Shown piece after piece: positions 23,992 to 36,944 of a DNA stretch of 64,000 bases. The notes beneath the pieces were generated by a model, which ran no database searches, was not told where the DNA came from, and saw nothing but the letters and a program-made list of their open reading frames with translations. Position numbers and translations under genes: made by a program. The stretch comes from Blepharisma stoltei ATCC 30299 (taxonomy: Eukaryota; Protista; Ciliophora): contig CBFDEM010000018.1 in NCBI GenBank assembly GCA_965603825.1, positions 1,014,396 through 1,078,395 of the forward strand, written 5' to 3'. The first letter of the stretch is position 1; each line of letters starts with the position of its first letter.

Positions 23992-26463
23992 ATGGCTTGG
24001 TTACACCCACCTGCAATCGGATGCAGATTTTCTTTTTTACATTTACCATGTAGTCGATGTGGCCACACTGTGTGTTTATATGAAGATTCATTGGTGCTAT
24101 TTGGAGGATTTGACGGAAGAAAATGATTAAATGACGTTCATCTATTCAATACGAGCAGCATGGTCTGAACTCAACCAAGGGTTTTAGGGTCAGCGCCACA
24201 ACCTCGGCAATATCACACAGCTCAAATCATAGGGCACAAAATGTATATATTTGGAGGTTACAATGGCTCAGTCTGACTCCGAGATTTGATTATCCTTGAT
24301 TTCCACGAAATGCAATGAAAATACCCAAAAGTTAAAGGTGACTTACCTAATGGAAAAGAAGGCCATGCAATGGCTTCTGTCGACAAATATATATATCTAT
24401 TTGGAGGATGGGACGGTTCAGCTATCGGTGACTTGCATAGACTTGACACAACAACATTGGAATGGAAGCTTATAGAAACTGCTGGAAGCAAGCCTTTTCT
24501 TTGTGGCCATACTATGACCAATGTAAAAGGACAGTTATTTATATTTGGGGGATTCGACGGCAATAACTGGGTTAACACCCTATATGTGATTGATCCAAGT
24601 TCCTCAAAGCCAGAATGGGTAACTCCTGAAGTGTCAGGGTCGCCAGTTACAAGAGGCTACCATTGTGCAACTCTCGTTAATCGCTATATTTTAATATACG
24701 CTGGATACAACGGAAGCTATATCTTAGGCGATCTTGTCGCTTTAGACACTGAGTACTTCACATGAACAGTCCCCGCCTCATGTTTTGGCCATTTTCCTAC
24801 AGCTAGGCACGCATTTACAATGACGTTATCAGGCTCCGAATTATACATTTTTGGAGGCTATAACGGCGCTAGAGACACCAATGAGCTCCACGTCCTAGAA
24901 ACAGCCGCTTTTTCTTCTCTGCATGACGATATGTGGATTGCTTTCGAAATGAACTCCTGGCAGGACGTAAAGCTGTTCTCTACAAATGGAAACATCATGG
25001 TCCATTCAGTCATTATTAGGGCCAGGTGTCCTTATTTGTATAAATATATTTTGAGCGCATACCCTGATTTTGAAGGTCTGGTAAAGCAAAATCCGGTTTG
25101 GGTTGATATGGGGTCGATATCAGAAAAAAGTTTGACAAAGTTCTGTGAGTATTTGTATTGCGACTTGTGTGCAGATCAGATAACCCCAGATATAAGGGAC
25201 GATTTGTTGCTGCTGGCGTCGAAATATGATTTAGCGAGACTGAGGAAGCTGTGTATAAAGACTATGCATTGAAATGAGCAGACTATACCAGATTCAGCAT
25301 TAGCTGTTGATATGATGAAATGCAAAGAGTTTGAAGATTTAAGCGACTTAACAGTTGTTGTAGAGGGCACTCAATTCAAAGTCCACAAAGTGATCATGGC
25401 TGCAAGATGTCCTTATTTCCGAGCTATGCTCAACTCTGGCATGAAAGAGACAAGCTCCCAAGAAGTCTCGTTCCCTGACCTCTCATCTAAAGCTTTTGAG
25501 CTCATAATAGACTGAATCTACTCTGACAAATTTTCTCCACTTTTCTCAGAGCAGCCTATCTCTACTGAGCTTGGCATAAATTTACTATTCGCTGCCAATA
25601 TCCTCGACTTACAAAGTTTAATGAGGATGACTGAAATTGTACTAGAGCGCTCTATTAATATAGAAAATGTCATCGAGCTCTATGAAGTCGCATTTGCCTT
25701 AAGCGCCGTCAAGCTAAAATGCTACTGTGTAAACTTAATCCTCAGAGAATTCGACAGAGTGTCCTTAAAAAGAGAATTTGCGACTATGAATGAAGCTGCG
25801 TTCAACGAAGTCAGCCAATTTTTGCCAAGAAGAATTAAGCGGCAAACAAGCTACGCAGTAGCTTCAGATTTAAGCATGATAAGGTGGGAAAAAGAAGAAG
25901 AAAAATTCGAGGAAGAAGAAAAAGAAGAGCCAGTCATGGTCTCTGGGCATCTTTTCCAAAATTTAAGAATCCCTGTCAAAGAATTCGTAGTCCGCCCTCA
26001 AAATCCTTCATCCCCTGCCAACGAGCTGCCCTCAACTAACGTTTATAACGCAATTATCCCTTCTGACAATTTCAGAGTGCCATTCAGAGGTCGGATAATC
26101 AAAGAGCCTGAACATTTTTCTTTAAATATCATGGGCACTCGTGCAGGGGGGTTACAAAGCTCAGAAAAACTCAGCCCAAAATTCACGCAAAAATCATTGT
26201 CCCCACAAAGTGTTAGAAAAAGCGCAAAATCCAGCTCCACAAAGCACAGCACAATGCACAGATTTGCGAATGAAAGCTCAGTAATAAAGCCTGAACTAAT
26301 GATTAAAGGGTTTTCTACGAATAAAAACTCATTTATCAGGAGGCCAGCATCGTTTGTTGAGGACTCTAATGAAGGAAAAGAAAAGATTCCGAACGTCGGA
26401 CTGCAGATCTGTAGCAGCACTAGGACACTTGGGTCAACTGATGAGACTAAATATTGTTATTAA
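23992..26463 (+). CDS. Kelch-repeat plus tandem BTB protein (LZTR1-like architecture), 823 aa
   Basis: Repeated R.GH....MYIFGG.DG..W Kelch units, then two BTB domains (VHSVIIRARCPY, FKVHKVIMAARCPYFRAML). About seven TGA=Trp codons keep one frame. Confidence 0.88.
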
Positions 26464-26483
26464 GTATTGTTATTAATTATTTA

Positions 26484-29400
26484 ATGGAATTAAGGATGAA
26501 GCGGGAGAGATCGCCGTCACATAATAATAAAGAAACCCTTAAAGCTGCAAAAAATCCAAAACTTATAATTCAGCCACGGGCGCCGGCAGTTGAGCAGACT
26601 ACAAATATTCTTAGAAGAGATCTCTGATCAGAAGTCATCAAGTTTCTTGACTTTCATACGTATTTTACTATAATTCCGCTTGTTAATACTTTTTTTTATC
26701 AATTAAGTAAAGACAGTGTTGTTACACTTGAGCATTTGGAAATTGAAATTGAGCTGAGAAAAGCAAGGGTGAAGAAAAAGCATGACTGCAAAAAGGAAAA
26801 CAAATATTTAAAACCTTATGTCAATTTATTGCAAAAAGCTAGAAACCTGGACAAGCTGAGGCTTTATATAAGAAATTCTGATTATCGGCCATCGATTAGA
26901 TGTGCGAACCAATATAACAGTATTTTATCAGGAATTTTCCCCAAAATGCCTTGAACGCAAAATCTGAAAGTTCTAGATTTTTCTATGAAAAATTACAATA
27001 ATGTTTTATTTAAAGAAGTCCTTAATTATTTATCATCTCTAGAAGTGCTCAAATTGACCTTTTCTGCCCCTTTTCCTACAGCATTGTCATATATTTTTTG
27101 CCGATTTGTGGATCCAGAAGGCTTAAAGCTTAAAGCGCAAGCCAGCAATATCATTTTTTGGAACCGTTACAATGAAAAAATATGTCATCCTAATAGTGTC
27201 CCTTTTACTCCTCTAAAAGAGCTGACTTTAAAATATTATTTTTCTTATAGTGCCAGCATAGCGGAAAACAATATTTTTGAAGCTTTAGACAAAAATCTAT
27301 CATTGACAAAATTTACCTTGATTTTTCCATCAACAGTAAATATTGATAATTCTTTGCAGCCCAAGTTTGCTTATAACCAGACAATGCGGAAATTAAGGCT
27401 TTCTAATGCTTTTCAGTTTTCATATGAGTCAGCCAAAGATTTTTCATTTTATTTATTAGGGAATAAAGCACTAAAATCGCTATCTATAAGCAAATCAGTC
27501 CTCAAAGCAAAAGATGAATTTTTCACAGCTGTAAGGAACAATAAAATATTAAAAAAGCTAGGGCTTGAGCCATATGAAGAAACGTCAGACTCAAGCTTAG
27601 ATATAAACACTTTTGTAGAACTGATGGACGCAGTTGGAGATTCCACTTTGACTTCATTTAAAGCGTCGACCTCTGCGTTCATTCGAAGAAACCTAAATTT
27701 TGTATTCCACTTTTCGGTAGAGACTGTGCCTGACCATGTACTGTATAAGCACTCAAAATATTTTATAGAAGGCGTCCAAAGAATGCTAACTAATAATTTG
27801 GGACTGAGAAAAGTGTGACTTAGTGTAGACGCAATGCCAAGAGAAAGGCTTGATGAGTTTGCAGATGTAGTTTTAAGAATTTTAAGCTCAGAGCAAAGCA
27901 AGTTGGAATATTTCAACGGATTTCCGTTGAAAGGGCTGATGAATGATACTATAAATACCTTGCACATAAATCATAGATATAGATTTTTGCAAAGCACCAA
28001 TAAAGAACTAATTTATGATGGAGATAGTATGATCCTCACAATAATGCTCTGCAAAATAATACCTTTTTGCCGTAATTTAAGATATATAGATACAGGAACA
28101 AAACTCCAGAGAAAAGATAATATTTTTAATCAGATAAATCCTGGGATTATAGATATCGAACAGATAAAACAGACAGCAAATGAAGAGCATGAGTTTGGGT
28201 TTGAAATTTATTATAAAGATGTCCCCGCTATTATTGGGCTAATTTTACTCCTGACACTAAAAGGGAATAATATGATTAAGAATCTGAATTTGAGCCACAC
28301 TGACTGCAGCTGCTTATATTTAGTTATTGGAGAAATTTTAAGTGATATGCCAAACCTTGTAACGGTCATTATTGAAGGGATGGCTCATATGATTCATCCG
28401 ATTTCACATAAGCTTATGATTGATATTCTCAGCAATTCTCCATCCCTACATGAGCTCGTAATTAATGGGATTACTTTTAATTTACAAGAAAATGACCAAA
28501 TTTTTACATCACTAATAAAGCATCCTTCGCTGATGAAGCTCGAGATTTCAAGGCTTAATGTTTCTTCGACAGTCTCGGCGTTTTCTAATGAAGCTTCTAT
28601 AGGAGATTTATTAAAAAAAACTAATTTGCAGATACTAAACCTTTCCTCAAGCAGTTTTACTCCATTAAGTCTTGAACTACTGGCAAATGGCTTAAAATCT
28701 AATATGGCATTAAAAGAATTGATATTGGCTGATATTAATTTAGCTATCCCAAATGAAGGACTTGCAAGCCAAACTAATGGCGGCGATTTCAACTTTTGGA
28801 GAAATAAAATTGACTGTTTATTAGCCCTATCTGATGCATTGAAAAATAACCCATACATTGAAATTGTGGATATTAGATTTAATGATATACCAAGCTCACA
28901 ACTCTCAGTACCAAATGAAATAAATCAGCTTTTCCTTGACAACTTAAAACGACTTTTAGACACAAATTCAAGGCTGAGGGTTTTGAATTTTATTTTCCCA
29001 ATTCCTCCGAATTTCTTAATGAAATACAGTGAATTACTATTAAATTATCTTCAGTCAAGCCCAAACTTGGAAGTTCTTAATAATTATAACATCAAATCAA
29101 TGGTGTCGAATGAATTTACTGTCTTAACAATTAAGCACTATCATTCAAACCGAGATGATTTCGACTCATTCATGGCTCCCAAGCTATCTAGAGTAAGAGA
29201 AGCTATATATTGCCACTATGCTCATTTCGGGACAATAGCTACCATTATGCCAATCATTCTCTCACAAATATATAAAGAAAATTCCAATAAAATAACCAGA
29301 GTTAAGTTTCTGTCAAAAGAAGTGCAAACTAATGTACTTTTGAATAAGAAAAAAGGAGAATCAAATTTGGACCTGGGATTTTTATTAAAAGAAACGCAGC

Positions 29401-30494
29401 CACCAGATGTTACGTTTATATTGAACTGCTTGTCAACACACAAGTTTACGCAGCATCTTGATTTCACAGGCTGTGTGCTGTGCGATATTGATTTTGAAGT
29501 CCTTGGAAAAAATCTTCCATGCATGGAGTCTCTTAGGTCTATATCAATCCGTGATATAAAACCAGCCCGGAATCCATACCTCAGCCATATTTTATCAAAC
29601 ACCAGCTTAACCTCTCTTGAAATTTCTAAAGTGAATTTTGAAAATTTTGATATAAAAGACCTGCCTATGAATTTAAGTTCTCATCCGTCCTTAGAAGTCT
29701 TAAAAGTGACCAATTGTGATTTACTCACTAAAAGCGCTATGATTAAAAAATGTGAAGACTCTAGCTTTAAAGCTGTCCTTTCTGGCTTTAAAAATAGCAA
29801 AATCATCCATCTAGATTTAAGTGGGAATGAAATTAGTGATAATGAATTAAAAAAAATCCTAAAAGCCGTAAAAATGCATCAGTTTATCAGCAGGCTTGTA
29901 ATCCAGCAGCACGAAATAAGAGGAAAAGATGGAATTGTTGAGCTGGCCTCGATGCTATGTGATCCTGCACATCCTTTAAAAGAACTATCACTTTCTTCAT
30001 ACACATGGTCTGTATCTGATATCCAAAACGCTAAAGGGAAGCTTGATTTATCATATAAGCTTCTTTCTGCTACAGACTTAATCATTCTTTCTACAATGTT
30101 AATCTGCTTGCAGCTTAAAAAAGTCCACGGGCTGGATTTATCCCACAACCCTTCATTATTTTCTGAGCCACATGGAGTTTCAGCACTACTAGATCTTATC
30201 AAGCATTCTCCAATAAGCTCAATAAGCCTCCAAGAGTGCTGTTTAAATGAGCAAGAAGATAGAATTCTTCATGAAATCTTTGTAGCAGCCTGCAGCTCTT
30301 TAGAAACCTTATCCCTTGGCTCTCCTTTTACTGAGCAGCAATTAAACTCAATTTTATCAGCCCTGAAATCTAGTCCAAAACGCCTCAAAAAAGTCAATTT
30401 TTCGCCTTGCCGTGATTCTAAATTTAAAGCTCTTTTAACAGAATATATAGAGCAGTCTGGCTCAAATTGGATTTTGAAAGGCTATAATTTATGA
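26484..30494 (+). CDS. Large F-box/LRR (RNI-like) protein, ~1336 aa
   Basis: F-box-like ILRRDLWSEVIKFLD..PLVNTFFYQL, then many LxxLxLS.N repeats. Three TGA=Trp codons join the three annotated ORFs. Start is 26484 or 26496. Confidence 0.78.
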
Positions 30495-30517
30495 CTAAAA
30501 TAAAATTTTAAATGTAG

Positions 30518-31624
30518 TTATGAAAACTCTTCTTTTATGTCACCTTTAAAGGTGTCTGCTTTTATTATGACTTTTAGTATATCTTCAAGAGTAATGATTC
30601 CGAGGATTTTGGATTCTCCGAATTTTGAGGTGGCTTCTGAGACAAATGCCATGTGAGTTCTGCCTTGTTGAAAGATATCTAAAACTTCAAGAACTGTATT
30701 TGCTCTCCTAACAAATATTGGGTCTCTCAGCTTGATCCCTGAATTTTCGATAGTTGTGTTTTCATCAATCCCCACAAGTCTTTTTACAAGCAAAATCCCA
30801 ATGATATTATTTCTATCCTCCCCTCTATATACAGGCACTCTACTGAATCCTCTTGACATTATGGTCTTCAGCATTTGTTTAGTTAGTAATGTATCTGAGC
30901 TTAAACAATACACATTTTCCATTGGTATTATATGATTTTCAAGTGTTTCCTGCTGTATATCCATTGCACTCAATATAATTTGAACTTGCTCAGGGTCAAA
31001 TGTATCATCTTCTGTTATATTTGTAGATGATCTTGACCCTTTAAAAGTGACTAAAGCTTTTATATCAGATTTCTTCATTTGTTTATGATTATCAGTTCCT
31101 ATGACTCTGTCAAGGAATTTTCCCAAAACCCAGCTGATGGGGTAAAAAATTAACATCACGATTTTCACAAGTGGAACTAAGTTACTAGCTATAGAAAGCT
31201 GATCAGGTCCTGTGCAAAATGCTTGAGGTAAAACTTCACCAAAAATAAGCACAAAGGTTACACTTATTAAAACAGCCAAGACGCTACCAACCATCTCGTC
31301 TAGAACTATAGGCAGAGCTTCCATAGCCACTGAGTTCGCTATTAGTAATGTGACGAGGAGGAAATGGTGCTTGGATATAATTGGAAGAACTTTACGAGCC
31401 TGATGCATTTCTTTAGAAGTGCCACTGACAAGCTTAAGTTCGAGATCTAAAGGGTCAATTGACATGAGGCCAACTGTGAGGCCAGACATTGCGCCTGCAA
31501 AAAATACCAAAAAGAGAGCGGCTAGTGAGTAAAAGATATAGTCTTCTCAAGGCAAAGAGTGGACGAACTCTGTGTTTGCGGACACTAAGCAAGGTAAAAC
31601 TGTTAGGAATAGTTTTAATTGCAT
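30518..31624 (-). CDS. CNNM/DUF21-CBS domain metal transporter-like protein
   Basis: FAGAMSGLTVGLMSID, HFLLVTLLIAN..AMEALP, FGEVLPQA, GFSRVPVY, FQQGRTHMAFV, GIITLEDI. One TGA in the N-terminal extension. Confidence 0.92.
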
Positions 31625-32241
31625 TATTTTTATTTTTCCTCCAGATTTTTAATGAAGGATTCAAATAATAGCAAATGGAATTTTAATTATATTCTTAAGA
31701 TAAATATTGATATAATTTTTGTGTATTAATTATAAATCATATAAAACGAAGGTAAATAAAGGAATCATTCTTAAAAATATGATTAATGTTAGAACATTTC
31801 TGCAATTAAATAAGCAACTAGTGAATTGTTGTAAGAAAGTTAATTTCGTTTCAAGAAAAAATCTGATAAATAATTATTCATAAAATTCCTAAAAATTTTT
31901 ATAATTTTAATGATTTGAATACACCTATAGCAATGCTACTATTAGCTTTTTATGTTAACTTTGAAATAATTAGTCTTTGAAATTACTACAAATAGTCACC
32001 AAATCCATTTTCCCTTATTTATACGCACATCTTAAAATCACATCGGTAAATTTAATAATCTCTTTATTAAATTCCTCCAAAATAACCACCAAAATTCTTT
32101 TAATTATTTCTGACAAATTTAAATCCTCCAAAAGGAACCATATAAATTAACTTCCATTCTTATTTTCTCTATCTCCCTATCTCTAGAAGATTTAAAAATC
32201 TTCTTAAAAAGAGTCAGCTTTCAGTTTAAACTTTATAATAA

Positions 32242-33184
32242 ATGAACATTTTAGTGGAAGAAATAGATAAGCCTTGCGAAACTATAAACACAAAGACATC
32301 AGAATTTTCGCCTACTGACAAACCTCAAATCCGACTCTACCAAATATGACCAGGAAAGAACAGATTTTTCTTCAATGGATTCATAATGATAGGGCCTTCC
32401 TCAGACACGTATATTTGTACTTTTACCTGGACCTTTGTGATCCTTCTAGAACTTTCATTCCAATTATTCATTTCTCCTTATTTATGACTCGAGGTAACTC
32501 CTGCTCTTCCTATCCTTTCTGGACATCTGTTTGTGTGTTCCATCATCTTTATGCTTCTTACAGCACTCACAGACCCTGGAATCATCCCTAGAAAGCACAT
32601 TTTTGAGCTGACTGGGACAATCCCTGAAATATTCAGTACCGAAGGTCCTGAAAAGCGAAGGTTTTGCAAAACCTGCCAAATTTATAGACCGGAGAGATGC
32701 AGTCATTGTAAGGTATGTGATAATTGTATCGAAGTTTTTGATCATCACTGCCCTTTTGTCAGTGCCTGCATAGGGAAAAATAACTATCGATATTTTATTT
32801 GTATGGTTGTTTTCCTTACTTTGCTGGGCGGTGTTGACATTTCAGGATTAATCCTTTTTTTCTGTAGAGATTTTCAAAATTCTCATAACGGAAGAGACTG
32901 TAATATTTTATTTAGTAATTGAAGATGAATCAATATTGCTATCGCTAGCTCTTGTTATAACGGTACCGATTATATTACTTACTCTACTTGTAATGCTATT
33001 ATGCATTTTCCATGTAAGGATCTGTATGAGCGGAGAAACAACTAAAGAAAATTTATTAAAGCGGGAGAGAGGGGAAAGTGATAATAGAAGCGTAATTTGT
33101 GCCACACCTAATGCGTGGTTTAATGGAAGAATGATAATTGATGCAGACAAAACCGGAGCTTGTAAGACTGAAAGCCTTGTTTAA
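32242..33184 (+). CDS. DHHC palmitoyltransferase (ERF2/ZDHHC9-like); 16-nt intron 32900-32915
   Basis: YQIWPGKNRFF, TDPGIIPR, CKTCQIYRPERCSHCKVCDNCIEVFDHHCPFV, and the TTKE motif after the intron. Confidence 0.92.
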
Positions 33185-33411
33185 GTTTAAATGAGCTTGT
33201 GAAAATACAAAATAATTTTAATTATATATAGAGTTTTTAGATAGAGTTTATTATAATTTATTCATATAGTTAAAATTAAGTCTATAATAGCCATTTTTAT
33301 AAAATAATGCCAAATATAAGATATCTTTGATTTCTCCTTTAATATTGTTCGGCAATTTCTCAATTTCCATTTCTTTTGAGCTCATTTCACACCGCATATT
33401 AAAATTATAAA

Positions 33412-33972
33412 ATGGCACAAAAAGAGCCTTGTCCAGATCGATTCTTTGACGATTTAGGTGGAGCTTTTGCAATGGGTGGGGTCGGCGGGGCTTTATTTTA
33501 CTTTCTGAAAGGCTTCGTAAACTCTCCTTCAAGAGAGCGCTTCAAAGGTGCAATTACAGCAGTAAAACTTAGAGCGCCTGTATTAGGAGGTAGCTTTGCT
33601 GCATGGGGCGGAATATTTTCAACATGTGACTGCTTTTTGCTTTGGTACCGCCAACAAGATTCTCCATTTAATGCCATTGTATCAGGACTTGTCACAGGTG
33701 GGGCTTTGGCACTTCGTTCAGGATTCCAGATAGCATGGAGAAATGCAGTTGCTGGAGGCTTAATCTTAGCAATTATTGAAGGAGTAAACACTGGTTACAC
33801 TTCATTAATGATTAGACAACAAATGCTCATGATTAACGAAATGACCAAATTGCAAGAAGAAAAAAGAAAAAGAATAATGCAAGGCCTACCTGATTTTACA
33901 CCTGAAGAAATAAATGAAAGATACGAGGCTAGCCAAAAGAAAGCATCATTTTTCGGGAGGGCTCTCAAATAA
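33412..33972 (+). CDS. TIM17: Mitochondrial inner membrane translocase Tim17
   Basis: EPCPDRFFDDLGGAFAMG, RAPVLGGSFAAWGGIFSTCDC, DSPFNAIVSG, GGLILAIIEG. Confidence 0.95.
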   Translation: MAQKEPCPDRFFDDLGGAFAMGGVGGALFYFLKGFVNSPSRERFKGAITAVKLRAPVLGGSFAAWGGIFSTCDCFLLWYRQQDSPFNAIVSGLVTGGALALRSGFQIAWRNAVAGGLILAIIEGVNTGYTSLMIRQQMLMINEMTKLQEEKRKRIMQGLPDFTPEEINERYEASQKKASFFGRALK

Positions 33973-33989
33973 AGTGTTTTATAATTAAC

Positions 33990-35006
33990 TTATTGTTTAC
34001 AATCAAAGACTTCAATATCAATTGCTTTGCGTTTTTCTTTCCCATTTTCGATGTATTTTTTGATGTGAAATCTGAATGAGAGCGGCTGCTTGTTGATAAT
34101 ACTTTCTTTGAATTTCTTATGATTGATTCCAGATAGTAGTAAATCATCTTCACATAAAAATATGTCTGCTTGATCTGTATCAAGAGTAATAAACCCAAAT
34201 CTCTTTTTTAATTGATAAAATTTTAATTTTCCTGTGAATTTTCCTTGTGTCACTTCCTCTTCATTAAATTGTCCTCTTTTTTCTCTCTTTACTAATCCAA
34301 CCTTTTGAGGAGGACTTTTCAGAATTATAGGAGCTTGCTCAATTTCTATGCTTTTCACTGGTGTTTTCTCAGTCTTTTTAATTATAGATACAGGAGTAGG
34401 TGTGAAATCAGAGTCGCTCGAAAGGTCAGCCCAGCTGAATTTCTTTTTTTCCTCTTCAGGTTTTGCGATTTTTTTTATATTATAAGTAGCTGTCATATTA
34501 TTCACTTTGGTCGTATTTTTTACTTCCTGAATCTTATCCTTGCTCATAAGCTTGACTACGTTTTCAAAGCCTGGGGGTGGAGGAGTCAGCTGCAAAGGCA
34601 TTGGATCTATAAGCTTCTGTGATTTTAGCTTTTTCATCTCCTCATGAAACTTGACGGGGTCACTCGGCACTCCAGAGCAGCTCTTAGAAATCCACTGATC
34701 CAAGCGTTTACGATTGATTTCCCAGCTGAGTAGGCTTTCAGGCTCTTCCTCTGACTCTTCATCAATTTGATCAATATCGCCTAGAATTTTTAATTCAGGG
34801 ATAGGAATAGCTGAATTGAAAAAAACATTTTTAGGCTGTTTTTGAGAGCTGTGGTCAATTGGGATATTCTCCACTACAAACAGAGATGGAGATGCTCCAG
34901 GAGAAATCTTGGCATTTGTGAAATCGAAAATTGGCCTTTCATGGGTGCTGAATTTCTTTGGGGCAGAGAAGCTGTGCTGTGGGTCGATTCTTGTCATAGA
35001 GCTCAT
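33990..35006 (-). CDS. Protein with a C-terminal cold-shock-like (OB) domain
   Basis: FTGKLKFYQLKKRFGFITLD...DIFL. The start could alternatively be 35054. Confidence 0.75.
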   Translation of the reverse strand: MSSMTRIDPQHSFSAPKKFSTHERPIFDFTNAKISPGASPSLFVVENIPIDHSSQKQPKNVFFNSAIPIPELKILGDIDQIDEESEEEPESLLSWEINRKRLDQWISKSCSGVPSDPVKFHEEMKKLKSQKLIDPMPLQLTPPPPGFENVVKLMSKDKIQEVKNTTKVNNMTATYNIKKIAKPEEEKKKFSWADLSSDSDFTPTPVSIIKKTEKTPVKSIEIEQAPIILKSPPQKVGLVKREKRGQFNEEEVTQGKFTGKLKFYQLKKRFGFITLDTDQADIFLCEDDLLLSGINHKKFKESIINKQPLSFRFHIKKYIENGKEKRKAIDIEVFDCKQ

Positions 35007-35394
35007 GATTTGACAGATATTAAAAATATTAATAAATCGGAAAAGGTATGGCAAATTTATGCTAGAGAAATTAAAGTATTAGAGAAGTAAACATTTGAGT
35101 TTGCATGGCATTCTGAGTGGGAAATGATAAAATATAGCATGATGGGCTAAATTGGTGTCATTAAGTAAGCCACTAATATAAAATAGGATTATGGTAAAAT
35201 CAGAAGAGAAAAGATATCTGGAATTTTTAATAATAAAATGATTCATTACTCCTGCATGAAGCAAAATGGAAAATTTTGTTTCTAGAATATTTGCTATTTA
35301 GTTTAGATTTTTATTTAATTACATTGAGCTCAATTATTATTTTCACATTTCATCATAAACCTTCTGTTCCACTTCAAAAAAATTTTAATAAAAT

Positions 35395-36726
35395 ATGCGG
35401 GCATTTGCAGTATCCCTTTTCTTTCTTTCTGCGTCAAGCTATTTTATCCCTGAAACCATTACAGAAGAAGAGAAAACTGAAGTTTATAACCAACTCAGCC
35501 AAAATCTTATAGGTGTAAAGATTCACTACTTTCCTGAAGAAAAGCGCTATGGAATGGTGGCAACAAAAGACATCAAAAGATCTGATGCAATTGCAGGAAT
35601 TCCTTTAGATTTCAGCCTCACCTCATTTGATCAATATCCTTGGTCTAGCTATCTATCTTCTCTTGGCGACCCTACAGTTCTAATAGGCCGACTTATTTAT
35701 GAAAAATTTGTAAACCCTACTAAAAGCTGGTCAAATATTTATTATCATACCTATCCATCTGAAGTAGAAAATATTTATAATTGGACTACATCAGAGTATG
35801 ATTATTTCATAAATATTTTCAAAGAAAAAACGTTGATTGAATTTCCATTGAATTTTGAAAAAGGATATCAAAATTTCATTGCAGTTTTAGAAAAAATTAG
35901 ATCACTTAAAGAAGACTGCAAAGATTGCTTTAAACGTGAAGTTTGGACGTGGGCGTATTCAATAATGATTTCTCAAAGCTTAGAAATAACAAAAAAACTA
36001 TGAAAGGACACAAAGGGATACCCTTATAAATCTGGAGATGAAAATATAAAAGGATTATGCATTCTACCATTAGCAGATATAGTAAAGCATGAGCCGCTGC
36101 CAAACAAATATAAAAATCAGATAGGAGGGCAGGCTGGGATCGGGTTTCAAAGTAACCCGCCAGCTGGAATTTTGTTTGCAGATCGAGATATTAAATATAA
36201 AACTGAAGTAACTTGGAATAGAGCCCCTAAACGAAACTTCGAAATGCTTTTAGGCCACGGAATTGTTCACGATCGAAATAATAACGATTTTGTAGTTGCG
36301 CAAATCGCAAGAATAAATGAATGTCCTCCAAGATCACAAGGGTATGGCACTACATGTGGATTTAGAGCTATTATAAACCAATTTAACTATGATTTATTTA
36401 ATTATGCATTCACAGTTATTGGTGAAGCTCCATCCCAATTTATCAGTAGCATCGATGAATATTTTAACGGTTTGGAAAATAAAAGAGATAAAAAAGCATT
36501 TTATGCGGCCCTTATGAAATATAGAGACTCAGTGGCAAGGACAATAGATGAATGCGTTATTTCATATAGAACTATTAAGAGGAAGCTAGAAAAAAAAGAA
36601 CATGAAAATGAGAGGTATAAAAAGATCGACAAAATGTGCCTTGGCCATCATGAAACAATTTTTAGTCACAAGAAGCTGACTGAAAAAGCTGCACTTAAAT
36701 CCTTATTATTTGAGTTAAGCCTATAG
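35395..36726 (+). CDS. SET-domain protein (Rubisco LSMT/SETD3-like fold) with predicted signal peptide and degenerate active site (443 aa)
   Basis: YGMVATKDI..DAIAGIP, WTWAYSIMISQS, ILPLADIVKH, FADRDI..EV...PKRNFEMLLGHGI. TGA 36001=Trp. Confidence 0.78.
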
Positions 36727-36944
36727 CTAATCTTTTATGAAAACCGCTTAGATAAAACTGAAAATTTAATTTCTTCTTATCAAAATTTAAAAAAATTCAT
36801 TTTTCTTAATTATTCAACCCCACCAGGAGTAAAAAATAATTTTCTCCTGTTTTAAAATTACTTATCATTGCTATGAAATATCTTATTACTTTGAATATTT
36901 ATTAAATAAAATTTTCAGGTTAAATAGATCCATTATAATTATAT

